Assembly (NCBI GenBank): GCA_037380845.1
Contig: JARRRI010000004.1
Span: 78,281 to 142,280 of the forward strand
From: Candidatus Sulfobium sp.
Lineage (GTDB): Bacteria > Nitrospirota > Thermodesulfovibrionia > Thermodesulfovibrionales > UBA6898
Direction of reading: 5' to 3'
DNA: 64,000 bases
A program made the position numbers and the translations under genes. Below, piece by piece: positions 28,342 through 37,611 of this stretch (positions within the stretch are counted from its first letter, which is position 1; the number at the start of each line of letters is the position of its first letter). Under the pieces are notes generated by a model. It did not search any database and was not told the origin of the DNA. It saw only the letters and a list, made by a program, of their open reading frames with translations.

Positions 28342-28881
28342 ATGAAGAAAAAGGCGGTCATTGCGTACGCAGCTCTTCTCGTCATCGTCTTTCTCTCCCA
28401 CGCCTTTCCCGCCCGCGCCTTTGCCTATGCGATCCCGATCTTTCTGGCGGGCGTTCCCGTGCTCCTCAGGGGCAGGATCAACTTCTCCTTTTCCATGAAG
28501 GACCTTATGACCGGTGTCCTCGCTTCTCTCCTTATCCTCACCCCGGTATTCGTCTGGCTGCATGTGCAGAAGGGGTCCCGGCCCCTGTCCCTGCATATGG
28601 TCATGACGCAGCTCTTTCTCGTCTCCTTCCCGGAAGAGGTCTTCTTCAGGGGGTTCCTCCAGGACGTTCTTGGAAACAATATCGCGGGGGTCGTGATCGT
28701 GAGCCTCATGTTTTCCCTGTCCCACCTTGCCTCTTTCCTGTTCGGAGGAGATATCTATGCCCCCCTTACCTTCTTCCCGTCGCTCGTAATGGGCCTCCTC
28801 TACCTGAAGACGTCCAACGTCCTGCCTTCGACCGTATTCCACTTTCTGGCGAATGTGGTCTTTCTGGGAGTTATGATATAA
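28342..28881 (+). CDS. CPBP (Abi/CAAX, Rce1-like) glutamic intramembrane protease; candidate myxosortase-type sorting enzyme
   Basis: EEVFFRG, FSLSH, HFLAN motifs in a multi-TM protein; alternative GTG start at 28300. Confidence 0.9.
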   Translation: MKKKAVIAYAALLVIVFLSHAFPARAFAYAIPIFLAGVPVLLRGRINFSFSMKDLMTGVLASLLILTPVFVWLHVQKGSRPLSLHMVMTQLFLVSFPEEVFFRGFLQDVLGNNIAGVVIVSLMFSLSHLASFLFGGDIYAPLTFFPSLVMGLLYLKTSNVLPSTVFHFLANVVFLGVMI

Positions 28882-29032
28882 TCTAAGACGCCGGAATGTA
28901 AGAGAGGCGGACGGCCACAGAGGGCGCAAAAATCACGGAGAGAAGAAAAGGTTTGATTTTTTGTGTTATATGCGCCTGTTGCGGCCGCTGTTCTTGCAGG
29001 TTAAAAATGCATTTGATTGTGAGGCCCCTGAT

Positions 29033-30190
29033 ATGACAAAGCTGCGGTTCCTGACATCGGGTGAATCGCACGGGCAGGCGCTGGTAGGGATCCTTGAAGG
29101 CATACCGGCGGGGGTGCCCGTTTCGCCGGAAGACATAGACCGCCAGCTGCGCAGGCGGCAGCAGGGATACGGAAGGGGCGGGAGGATGAAGATAGAGTCC
29201 GACAGCGCCCGGATAATGGCCGGGGTCCGCTGGGGCATGACGATAGGCTCTCCCGTAAGCATCCTTGTCGAGAACAGGGACTGGCAGAACTGGCGGGAGG
29301 GTATGTCGCCGGATGCCGGGAGCCTGGATTCGATCAAGGCCGTGACGCGGCCCAGACCCGGCCACGCGGACCTGGCGGGCGTTCTCAAGTACGGACGAGA
29401 AGATATACGCGACGTCCTCGAAAGGTCGAGCGCCCGGGAGACGGCCATGCGGGTGGCCCTGGGGGCGGTGGCCCGGAAGTTCCTCTCCCTGTTCGATATC
29501 AGGGTGGGGAGTTACGTGACCGGAATCGGGAAGGCAAAGGCCGCCGCAAGCCCCTCTCCGGAGGAGAAAGTCTTGTCGGGGATGTTTGAAAAGGCGGAGA
29601 AATCCCCGGTCAGGTGTCCCGACCCCGAAGTCTCAAAAAAGATGATAAGGGCGATAGACAAAGCAAAAAAAGAGGGCGACTCACTCGGCGGAACGTTCGA
29701 TATCTTCGTTACCAAACTCGACGGACGGCTGGCCCAGGCGGTGATGAGCATACAGGCGATCAAGGGTGTCGAAATAGGCGCCGGTTTTGAGGCGGGCGGG
29801 CGGCCCGGGTCGGAAGTGATGGACGAGATATTTTTCGGCCGGAAGAGAAACGAGAAAAACCGCGCCGGGGGCTTCTATCGCAAAACGAACAACGCCGGCG
29901 GAATCGAGGGGGGGATGACAAACGGGATGCCTGTGATCGTCAGGGCGGCCATGAAACCCATCCCCACGCTGAGGAGGGCGCTCCGCTCCGTGGATATCAG
30001 GACGGGCAGGCCCTTCGAGGCCGCTTATGAGCGCTCGGACGTCTGCGCCGTACCCGCCGCGGCAATAGTCGCGGAGGCGATGGCGGCCCTTGTGGCGGCG
30101 GATGCATTCCTTGAGAAATTCGGCGGCGACAGCGCCGAAGAGACGGTGCGGAATTTCGATTCCTACCTCACCTCGATGAAAAGGCTATAG
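29033..30190 (+). CDS. aroC: Chorismate synthase with an apparent in-frame internal deletion
   Basis: LTSGESHG, RPGHAD, RSSARET, AMKPIPTL, ERSDVCAVP; the GxPxGLG segment before KLDGRLA is absent. Confidence 0.92.
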   Translation: MTKLRFLTSGESHGQALVGILEGIPAGVPVSPEDIDRQLRRRQQGYGRGGRMKIESDSARIMAGVRWGMTIGSPVSILVENRDWQNWREGMSPDAGSLDSIKAVTRPRPGHADLAGVLKYGREDIRDVLERSSARETAMRVALGAVARKFLSLFDIRVGSYVTGIGKAKAAASPSPEEKVLSGMFEKAEKSPVRCPDPEVSKKMIRAIDKAKKEGDSLGGTFDIFVTKLDGRLAQAVMSIQAIKGVEIGAGFEAGGRPGSEVMDEIFFGRKRNEKNRAGGFYRKTNNAGGIEGGMTNGMPVIVRAAMKPIPTLRRALRSVDIRTGRPFEAAYERSDVCAVPAAAIVAEAMAALVAADAFLEKFGGDSAEETVRNFDSYLTSMKRL

Positions 30191-30301
30191 CACCCAATCG
30201 CCCGACATACGAGTGCTGTACGGCCGATATTAAAAAAGTAAAAGTCCACCGCGCGGCTCTGCGGTGAGAATATTTTGGTACCGGCTCCGCCGGGCCGGGG
30301 G

Positions 30302-30829
30302 ATGATGATGAAATGCGGGGCAAAAAATATCGTGCTTACGGGCTTCATGGGTACCGGCAAGACCGAGGTCGGCAAGGAACTCTCCCGGATGCTCGACATG
30401 AAGCTGATAGACATAGATACCGAGATTGAAGCCGGGCAGGGCATGAAGATTACCGATATCTTCGGGGCCTTCGGGGAGCAGCGCTTCAGGGAGATTGAGA
30501 GCGAGATGATCAGGAAGATAGGGGAGATGGAGAAGGTGGTCATCTCTGCCGGCGGAGGGGTGGTCCTTAGAGAAGAAAATATGGAGGCGCTGAGGAGGAA
30601 GGGGATGATCTTCTGCCTGCGCGCCCGTCCTGCCACTATTTTGGACCGTACAAGGGGCAGCGCCGGCAGGCCTCTCCTTAATGTCGAGGACCCTCTGGCC
30701 AGGATAAGGGAGCTGCTGGAATTCAGGCGGCCTTTCTACGAGAAGGCAGGAAAGGTCATAGATACCGAAAGCAAGACGCCGCTGCAGGTCGCCCGGGAGA
30801 TCGCGGAGATATTCCAGTGCAGAAAATAA
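30302..30829 (+). CDS. aroK: Shikimate kinase
   Basis: GFMGTGKT, GEQRFRE, GGG, RPLL; start at one of three tandem ATGs. Confidence 0.95.
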   Translation: MMMKCGAKNIVLTGFMGTGKTEVGKELSRMLDMKLIDIDTEIEAGQGMKITDIFGAFGEQRFREIESEMIRKIGEMEKVVISAGGGVVLREENMEALRRKGMIFCLRARPATILDRTRGSAGRPLLNVEDPLARIRELLEFRRPFYEKAGKVIDTESKTPLQVAREIAEIFQCRK

Positions 30830-31890
30830 GGGTCGAGCTGGCTGACAGGAGTTACAATATCGCGATAGACAGCGGGATGCTTGCAGGAATCGGGAGGGCT
30901 CTCGAAAAATTTGAATTCAGCGCAAGGCTGGCGCTGGTGAGCAACCCCACGGTATACGGGCTTTACGGGCAGACCGTTTCGGACTCGATGAGGGCTTCGG
31001 GCTTCGAACTCATCGAAATAATCATCCCCGACGGTGAGGAGTACAAGAACCTCGCCTGGGTGGAAAATATATACGGGGAACTGCTGAAGGCCCGGCTGGA
31101 CAGGAAATCTGCCGTGGTGGCCCTCGGAGGCGGGGTGATAGGCGACATCACCGGGTTTGCGGCATCGACTTATATGAGGGGGGTGGATTTTGTCCAGGTG
31201 CCTACGACCCTTCTCGCCCAGGTCGACAGCTCGGTCGGCGGGAAGACCGGGGTGAACCATCCCCTGGGTAAGAACATGATAGGCTCCTTCTGGCAGCCCA
31301 GGCTCGTTTGGATCGACACCGACACCCTAAAGACCCTGCCCCGGCGGCAGTACCTGGCCGGGATCTCAGAAGTCATCAAGTACGGCGTAATCTGGGACGC
31401 GGATTTTTTTGCCTTCCTGGAAGAAAACAGGGACAAGCTCCTGGACATGGAAGGTGACACCGTCGCCCATGTCGTGAAGAGGTCCTGCGAGATCAAGGCC
31501 GATGTCGTCTCCAGGGACGAGAGGGAAGCCGGGCTGAGGGCGATACTGAATTACGGACACACGATAGGCCACGCCATAGAAACGGCAAGCGGCTACGGTA
31601 AGCATCTTCACGGTGAAGCGGTGGCTATGGGAATGTGCCTCGAGGCCAGGCTGGCTCAGGCAAAGGGACTTGTGGGGGCGGAGGATGCCGGGCGCATAGA
31701 GGACCTTGTCAGGTCTTACGGACTTCCGGCGGAACTGCCGGCCGACGCCGACCCGGCCGTACTTTTTTCTTCCATGCAACTCGACAAGAAGGCGGTATCG
31801 GGAGAGCTGAGGTGCGTACTTCCCGAGAGGATAGGCAGGGTGAGGATAGAGAGCGGCCTTACCCGCGAAGATATGGAAAGGGTTTTGTGA
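30817..31890 (+). CDS. aroB: 3-dehydroquinate synthase
   Basis: GGGVIGD, PTTLLAQVDSSVGGKTG, LNYGHTIGHA. Confidence 0.97.
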   Translation: MQKIRVELADRSYNIAIDSGMLAGIGRALEKFEFSARLALVSNPTVYGLYGQTVSDSMRASGFELIEIIIPDGEEYKNLAWVENIYGELLKARLDRKSAVVALGGGVIGDITGFAASTYMRGVDFVQVPTTLLAQVDSSVGGKTGVNHPLGKNMIGSFWQPRLVWIDTDTLKTLPRRQYLAGISEVIKYGVIWDADFFAFLEENRDKLLDMEGDTVAHVVKRSCEIKADVVSRDEREAGLRAILNYGHTIGHAIETASGYGKHLHGEAVAMGMCLEARLAQAKGLVGAEDAGRIEDLVRSYGLPAELPADADPAVLFSSMQLDKKAVSGELRCVLPERIGRVRIESGLTREDMERVL

Positions 31891-31924
31891 TCCGGCGAAC
31901 CGGTTTCTGCGTGGACAGCGGACA

Positions 31925-33667
31925 ATGAAAAAAGGTGTATTTCGCCGGTTTTTCGCCCTCTATGCCGTCGTCTTCATCCTCGCCGTTTTCTTCATCGAAA
32001 TTTACATCACTGCCGCCGTCGGGAGACGCTATAAGGACGACCTCAGAAGTGATCTCCTGACGAGGATAAACCTGATATCGGATTCCATACCCTTCGATAA
32101 GACCGACATCGATGCCCTTTGCAGACGGATAAAGGAAAAGATGGCCAGTACCAGGATCACTGTCATAAAGCCGGACGGCAGGGTGATCGGAGACTCCGAC
32201 ACGCAGTCGCGCGGGATGGAAAACCATTCCCACCGTCCCGAGATCGAGCAGGCGCTGGTTTCCGGAAGCGGCTCCTCCGAACGGTCGAGCCGCACGCTTC
32301 ATCATGACTTTCTTTACGCAGCAACAAAAATCGTGAGAGACGGCAGTTTAGTGGGGTTTGTGAGGCTTGCAGTCCCCCTGAGGAAGATAGACGAGGCGGT
32401 CGGCGGGTTCCGGATAAAGATGGTCCTGGTAGTGGCCGTCATTTTGCTGGCGGCCTGGCTGTTTTCCGTGTGGCAGACTGAACACCTCAGAAAGTTGTGC
32501 GGACAGCTCACGGATTTTTCAAAGTCTCTTGCCCTGGGGCAGATCGACAAACGTCTTCACCTCCGGGAGATCGGGGAGTTCGATGAGATCGCCAGAAATC
32601 TCAATGCGATGTCGGCACGCCTCCAGGGCACCATAGCGCACAGCGAAGAGGAAAAGAAACGTTTGAACGTGATCCTGGAGAGCATCCCGGACGCCCTGCT
32701 CATTATCGATTCGAAAGGTCTGGTCCAGCTTTCGAGTTCTTCCGCCAGGGAATTTTTTGGCGAGGGGGTCCTTACGGGGAAACAATTCATCGAGGTGGTG
32801 AGAAACCGGGACTTCTCCGATGCGATGGACGAGGTCCGCAGGGAGCTGCAGCCGGTGACCGCGGAAACCCGGATCGACCTTCCCGAAGAGAGGTATTTCG
32901 TAGTCCGGATATCACCGCTATTTTACAGAGAGGGTGAATTGTCGGGTTTTATAGCCATATTCCACGACATCACTGAGCGCGAGAAACTCGAGCAGGTGCG
33001 CAAGGACTTCGTGGCAAACGTCTCCCATGAAATTAAGACACCCATCACGGCGATTCAGGGCTTTGCCGAGACCCTGCTGGAAGGGGCCCTCGACGACCGG
33101 GAAAATGCCGCCAGATTTCTGAGGACGATAAAGTCCAACAGCGAGAGGATTAACTCCCTGGTCGACGACCTGATGACGATCTCGAAGATAGAGCTCGGCG
33201 TAATAAGGGTGGAGAAGTCTGAAGTGGATGTCGGGGATGTTATCGAGAACGTGAGGGCGCTGTTAAAGGACAGGGCGTCGGAGAAGGGACTTTCCCTTGA
33301 AGCGGCGGTTACGGAAGATGTCCGCATCATCAAGGCCGACAGAAACAGGCTCACGCAGATATTGACCAACCTGGTGGATAACGCGATAAAGTTCACGGAG
33401 GAGGGAGTGGTGCGAGTCGGCACGGGCGGGGAGGAAGGGGAAAGGGCCTTCATCTTCGTCGAAGACACCGGCATCGGGGTCCCGCGGAAACACCTGTCGA
33501 GACTGGGAGAGCGTTTTTACAGGGTCGATCCTGCGCGTTCCAGAAAACTTGGGGGTACCGGTCTCGGCCTGGCGATCGTCAAACACCTTGTCAGGGCTCA
33601 CGGATGGGACATGCAGATCGAGAGTGTGCAGGGAAAGGGGACGAAGGTGAAGATCTTTGTATCATAA
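31925..33667 (+). CDS. phoR: PhoR-like sensor histidine kinase (HAMP, PAS, HisKA, HATPase)
   Basis: MENH..RPE periplasmic motif, FVANVSHEIKTP, ERFYRVD..RSR..GGTGLGL; adjacent to phosphate genes. Confidence 0.85.
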   Translation: MKKGVFRRFFALYAVVFILAVFFIEIYITAAVGRRYKDDLRSDLLTRINLISDSIPFDKTDIDALCRRIKEKMASTRITVIKPDGRVIGDSDTQSRGMENHSHRPEIEQALVSGSGSSERSSRTLHHDFLYAATKIVRDGSLVGFVRLAVPLRKIDEAVGGFRIKMVLVVAVILLAAWLFSVWQTEHLRKLCGQLTDFSKSLALGQIDKRLHLREIGEFDEIARNLNAMSARLQGTIAHSEEEKKRLNVILESIPDALLIIDSKGLVQLSSSSAREFFGEGVLTGKQFIEVVRNRDFSDAMDEVRRELQPVTAETRIDLPEERYFVVRISPLFYREGELSGFIAIFHDITEREKLEQVRKDFVANVSHEIKTPITAIQGFAETLLEGALDDRENAARFLRTIKSNSERINSLVDDLMTISKIELGVIRVEKSEVDVGDVIENVRALLKDRASEKGLSLEAAVTEDVRIIKADRNRLTQILTNLVDNAIKFTEEGVVRVGTGGEEGERAFIFVEDTGIGVPRKHLSRLGERFYRVDPARSRKLGGTGLGLAIVKHLVRAHGWDMQIESVQGKGTKVKIFVS

Positions 33668-33783
33668 AGACCGGGTAAAGCGCCGGTTGTCGTTGCCGGC
33701 GGAAGATAAGCGTCTTTTAAAACTGACACGGCTTTATTTGACATGTCACTTTTCCTTCTTATATCCTATGTGCGGCACGAGTC

Positions 33784-34401
33784 ATGAGACTGTTTCCCAA
33801 GGAAATAGATTTTTTTGAGATATTCGACAGGGCCTCGCTGAATCTCACCAAGGCCGCCGCACTCCTTGTTTCGCTCATGGAGAACTTCGATAATATCGAG
33901 TCCCGGGTAAAGGAGATCTATGAGGTGGAGCAGGACGGCGACATCCTCACCCACGAGATCATGAAAAAGCTGAACAAGACATTCATAACTCCCATCGACA
34001 GGGAGGACCTGCACGCGCTTGCCTCCCGCCTGGACGACGTCCTCGATCTGATATGGGGCGCAGTGGACAGGCTGCTGGTGTTCAAGGTGAAAGAGTCGAC
34101 AAAAGAGGCGATCTCCATGTCGAAGGACCTCCTTGCCACCGCCGAGGTGATACACAAGGCGATCCACAAACTGAAGGAAAAGAATTATTCACACGTCCAG
34201 GAATACTGCATCGAGATCAACAGACTCGAAAACAGGGTGGACAGGGATTTCAGGGACGCCCTCGGGAGGCTCTTTGACGAGGTCCGGGACCCCGTTCTCA
34301 TCATAAAATGGAAAGAGATCTACGAGCACCTCGAAAACGCGTCGGACAAGTGTGAAGACGTCGCAAACGTCCTGGAAGCCATAGTCCTCAAGTATGCATA
34401 A
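33784..34401 (+). CDS. DUF47 phosphate transport regulator (Pit accessory)
   Basis: FITPIDRED, IIKWKEIYE.LE.A.D.CEDVAN. Confidence 0.92.
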   Translation: MRLFPKEIDFFEIFDRASLNLTKAAALLVSLMENFDNIESRVKEIYEVEQDGDILTHEIMKKLNKTFITPIDREDLHALASRLDDVLDLIWGAVDRLLVFKVKESTKEAISMSKDLLATAEVIHKAIHKLKEKNYSHVQEYCIEINRLENRVDRDFRDALGRLFDEVRDPVLIIKWKEIYEHLENASDKCEDVANVLEAIVLKYA

Positions 34402-35386
34402 CACCTTTTCCCTGCTTGTCCTGGTGATAGTCCTCTCGACGGTCTTCGATTTTATAAACGGGTTTCACGATACTGCCAATGCTATCGCCACGTCGGTTTC
34501 CACAAGAGTCCTGTCCCCGAAGGCGGCCGTTGCCATGGCAGCGGTTTTGAACATGGTGGGGGCGCTCACCGGCACCGCTGTCGCGAAAACGGTCGGGGCG
34601 GGGCTGGTAGAGGCGTCCGTCGTTACCCAGGTCACTGTCATATCCGCACTCCTTGCCGCGATAATCTGGGATGTATTCACCTGGTATTTCGGCCTTCCTA
34701 CTTCTTCCAGCCACGCCATATTGTCGGCCCTCGTCGGGGCCGGGGTGGCCACGGCCGGGTCGGGCATCATCATAATGAAAGGCGTTTACAAGATCCTTTT
34801 CGGGCTTTTTTTCTCTCCCATTGCCGGACTGATCCTGGGTTTTCTTCTGATGATGCTGCTATACAGGCTGTTTAAACACGTTTCGCCCTCCAGGGTCAAC
34901 AAGACCTTTAACAAGCTCCAGGTGGTCTCGGCGGCCTACATGGCATTCAGCCACGGCAACAACGACGCCCAGAAGACGATGGGTATAGTCACGATGGCCC
35001 TTGTCAGTTACTATAAGCTCCCGACCTTTAATGTGCCGCTGTGGGTCATATTCCTCTGTGCGACTGCGATGGCCCTCGGGACCGCGCTGGGGGGCTGGAG
35101 GATCATAAAGACCCTCGGCGTGCGGCTGGTAAGCCTGAGACCGATTAACGGATTTGCCGCCGAGGCGGCCGCCGGCACGATCATAGAGATTGCCTCCAGG
35201 ATCGGCCTGCCCCTTTCGACGACACATGTCATCTCCTCGACGGTCATGGGCGTGGGGGCCTCGAAGAGATTGTCCGCCGTGCGATGGGGCATCGGGAGCG
35301 ATATCGTCGTCGCGTGGATCGTTACCCTCCCGGCCTGCGCCGCCCTCGCGTGGGTGATCTGCAAGACAGTGATATTCCTGACCTGA
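34394..35386 (+). CDS. Inorganic phosphate transporter, PiT family
   Basis: NGFHDTANAIAT, HGNNDAQKTMG, PLSTTH. Confidence 0.95.
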   Translation: MHNTFSLLVLVIVLSTVFDFINGFHDTANAIATSVSTRVLSPKAAVAMAAVLNMVGALTGTAVAKTVGAGLVEASVVTQVTVISALLAAIIWDVFTWYFGLPTSSSHAILSALVGAGVATAGSGIIIMKGVYKILFGLFFSPIAGLILGFLLMMLLYRLFKHVSPSRVNKTFNKLQVVSAAYMAFSHGNNDAQKTMGIVTMALVSYYKLPTFNVPLWVIFLCATAMALGTALGGWRIIKTLGVRLVSLRPINGFAAEAAAGTIIEIASRIGLPLSTTHVISSTVMGVGASKRLSAVRWGIGSDIVVAWIVTLPACAALAWVICKTVIFLT

Positions 35387-35504
35387 TTGCCTGCCCGGCG
35401 CCCCCATTTTCAAGTCCGCGATTATCCGTCCTGCCTGCATTTCCGTCATCGGCCCGATGCTTTGCTTCCGGGCAATTGGGGGATATAATTCGGTAAGGCG
35501 AGAC

Positions 35505-35545
35505 GGTAACGGAAATTTCACGTTGCTGTAACATTGTTGTAACAA
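35505..35545 (+). promoter_or_regulatory. Pho-box-like array of 11-bp-period direct repeats upstream of pstS
   Basis: gtaacg (35506), ttcacg (35517), gtaaca (35528), gtaaca (35539). Confidence 0.7.
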
Positions 35546-35590
35546 TAGTTGGTTATCCTTAATTAATCCGGGAATTTGAAAGGAGAAAGG

Positions 35591-36598
35591 ATGAAAAACT
35601 TTGTGCGATTGGCGGTTCTGTGTGCAGCGGTCCTCTTTTTCTCGACGTCCGAGGCGGCGGAGATCATCAACGGAGCGGGCGCCTCTTTCCCCGCGCCGGT
35701 TTACCAGGCATGGGCATACGATTATAACCGGGCCACCGGCGCGCGGCTCAATTATCAGTCGATCGGCTCCGGCGGGGGGGTGAGGCAGATCACGAGCAGG
35801 ACGGTGGATTTCGGTGCGTCGGACGCACCGGTAGAACCCCGGCTGCTGTCGAAAGAAAATCTTCTCCAGTTCCCGGCGGTTATCGGGGGTGTCGTCCCTG
35901 TCGTAAACATCAGGGGCATCAGGCCGGGCGCCATGAAACTGGATGCCGGCGCCCTCTGCAAAATATTCCTCGGGGATATCACCTCCTGGAACGACTCCGA
36001 AATAAAGAATCTCAATCCCGGTCTGGCCCTGCCGGCCGGCAGGATAACGGTTGTACACAGATCGGACGGTTCGGGCACGACCGCGATATTTACGAACTAT
36101 CTGAGTGCGACCTGTCCCGCCTGGAAGGCCCATGTCGGAGAAGGCAAGGCGGTAAACTGGCCGGTGGGGATAGGCGGCAAGGGCAACGAAGGGGTTGCCA
36201 ATTATGTGAGGAGAAGACCGAACTCCATAGGGTATGTGGAATTCGCTTACGCGAAACAGAATAAGCTCGCTTACTGCAGCCTGAAGAACGCTGCGGGGGG
36301 CTTCGTGGAGCCGACTTTCAAGTCCTTCGAGGACGCTGCAGCATCCGCACATTTCGATCCGAAGAAGGGTTTTTACCTCTGGCTTACGGATGCGCCGGGA
36401 AAGAATTCCTGGCCTGTAGCAGGGGCGACGTTCATACTCCTTGCGAAGGAGAAGAAGACCGCGAATAAAAAGACCGTCCAATTTTTTGACTGGGCGTTCA
36501 GGAAGGGCGACAAAAGGGCCAGGGCCCTTGTCTATGTGCCCCTGCCGCCGTCCCTGAAGGCGAAGGTCAGGGCATACTGGAAGGCCAACGGCCTGTGA
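35591..36598 (+). CDS. pstS: Phosphate ABC transporter substrate-binding protein
   Basis: GAGASFP, YQSIGSGGG, DFGASD, RSDGSGTT. Confidence 0.97.
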   Translation: MKNFVRLAVLCAAVLFFSTSEAAEIINGAGASFPAPVYQAWAYDYNRATGARLNYQSIGSGGGVRQITSRTVDFGASDAPVEPRLLSKENLLQFPAVIGGVVPVVNIRGIRPGAMKLDAGALCKIFLGDITSWNDSEIKNLNPGLALPAGRITVVHRSDGSGTTAIFTNYLSATCPAWKAHVGEGKAVNWPVGIGGKGNEGVANYVRRRPNSIGYVEFAYAKQNKLAYCSLKNAAGGFVEPTFKSFEDAAASAHFDPKKGFYLWLTDAPGKNSWPVAGATFILLAKEKKTANKKTVQFFDWAFRKGDKRARALVYVPLPPSLKAKVRAYWKANGL

Positions 36599-36669
36599 CG
36601 TATCACGGCGGAGGGCAAGAGTGAGGCTGGATAGTACCGGTATCCCGCTGCGAAGGGGCGCGTGATCTG

Positions 36670-37611
36670 TTGGCTGCCCTGCGGACAAAAAATATCGGCG
36701 ATTTTTCTTTTTCACTGGTTACCGCCCTAGCGTCTCTCACCGTCGCCCTGCTGATAGCCGGCATACTCGCGGTGCTCCTCCGGGAATCCTGGCCGGCGAT
36801 AGAGAAATTCGGTGTTGCCCGCTTTCTGGCATCGACCGACTGGGACCCGGTTAAGCAGTCCTTCGGTGCGGCCACCACGATTTTCGGGACCTTTGTCACC
36901 ACCTTCATCGCCCTCCTGATCGCGATACCCGCCGCAGTGGGCATCGCCATTTTCGTTACGGAGATATCCCCCAGCTTCCTGAAGGGTCCCATAGGCGTGG
37001 CAATAGAACTCCTGGCGGCCATACCGAGCATCATTTATGGAATGTGGGGCCTGTTCGCCCTGGCGCCGATCATGTCGGAGCATATAGAACCGGCCCTTCA
37101 GGCCACGGTCGGGAAGCTGCCTCTCGTGGGGGTATTGTTCCAGGGGACACCCATGGGGATAGACCTCCTCACGGCCAGCGTGATACTGAGCATAATGATC
37201 ATACCCTTTACCGCCAGCATCTCCCGTGACTCTTTCCGGCTCACTCCGCCTGTGGTCAAGGAATCGGCCTATGCCATGGGCGCGACGAGATGGGAGGTCG
37301 TTAAGAATGTGGTTCTTCCCTATTCCAAGCTGGGGGTATTCGGAGGGGTGGTGCTTTCCCTCGGCAGGGCGCTCGGCGAGACCATGGCCGTGGCCTTTGT
37401 GCTGGGCAACAACCATCAGATAACGTCTTCGCTCCTTGACGCAGCCGCAACCATCACCGTAACGCTCGCCAACGAATTCACTGAAGCGGACACGGACATC
37501 TACCTTTCATCCCTCTTCTATCTGGCGCTTGTGCTCTTCGTGCTCAGCTTCATTATTCTCGCTATCGCGAAGATATTCCTGCTCCGGGCTGAAAGGAGAT
37601 ATTCGAGATGA
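36670..37611 (+). CDS. pstC: Phosphate ABC transporter permease
   Basis: ELLAAIPSIIYGMWG, GRALGETMAV. Confidence 0.96.
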   Translation: MAALRTKNIGDFSFSLVTALASLTVALLIAGILAVLLRESWPAIEKFGVARFLASTDWDPVKQSFGAATTIFGTFVTTFIALLIAIPAAVGIAIFVTEISPSFLKGPIGVAIELLAAIPSIIYGMWGLFALAPIMSEHIEPALQATVGKLPLVGVLFQGTPMGIDLLTASVILSIMIIPFTASISRDSFRLTPPVVKESAYAMGATRWEVVKNVVLPYSKLGVFGGVVLSLGRALGETMAVAFVLGNNHQITSSLLDAAATITVTLANEFTEADTDIYLSSLFYLALVLFVLSFIILAIAKIFLLRAERRYSR

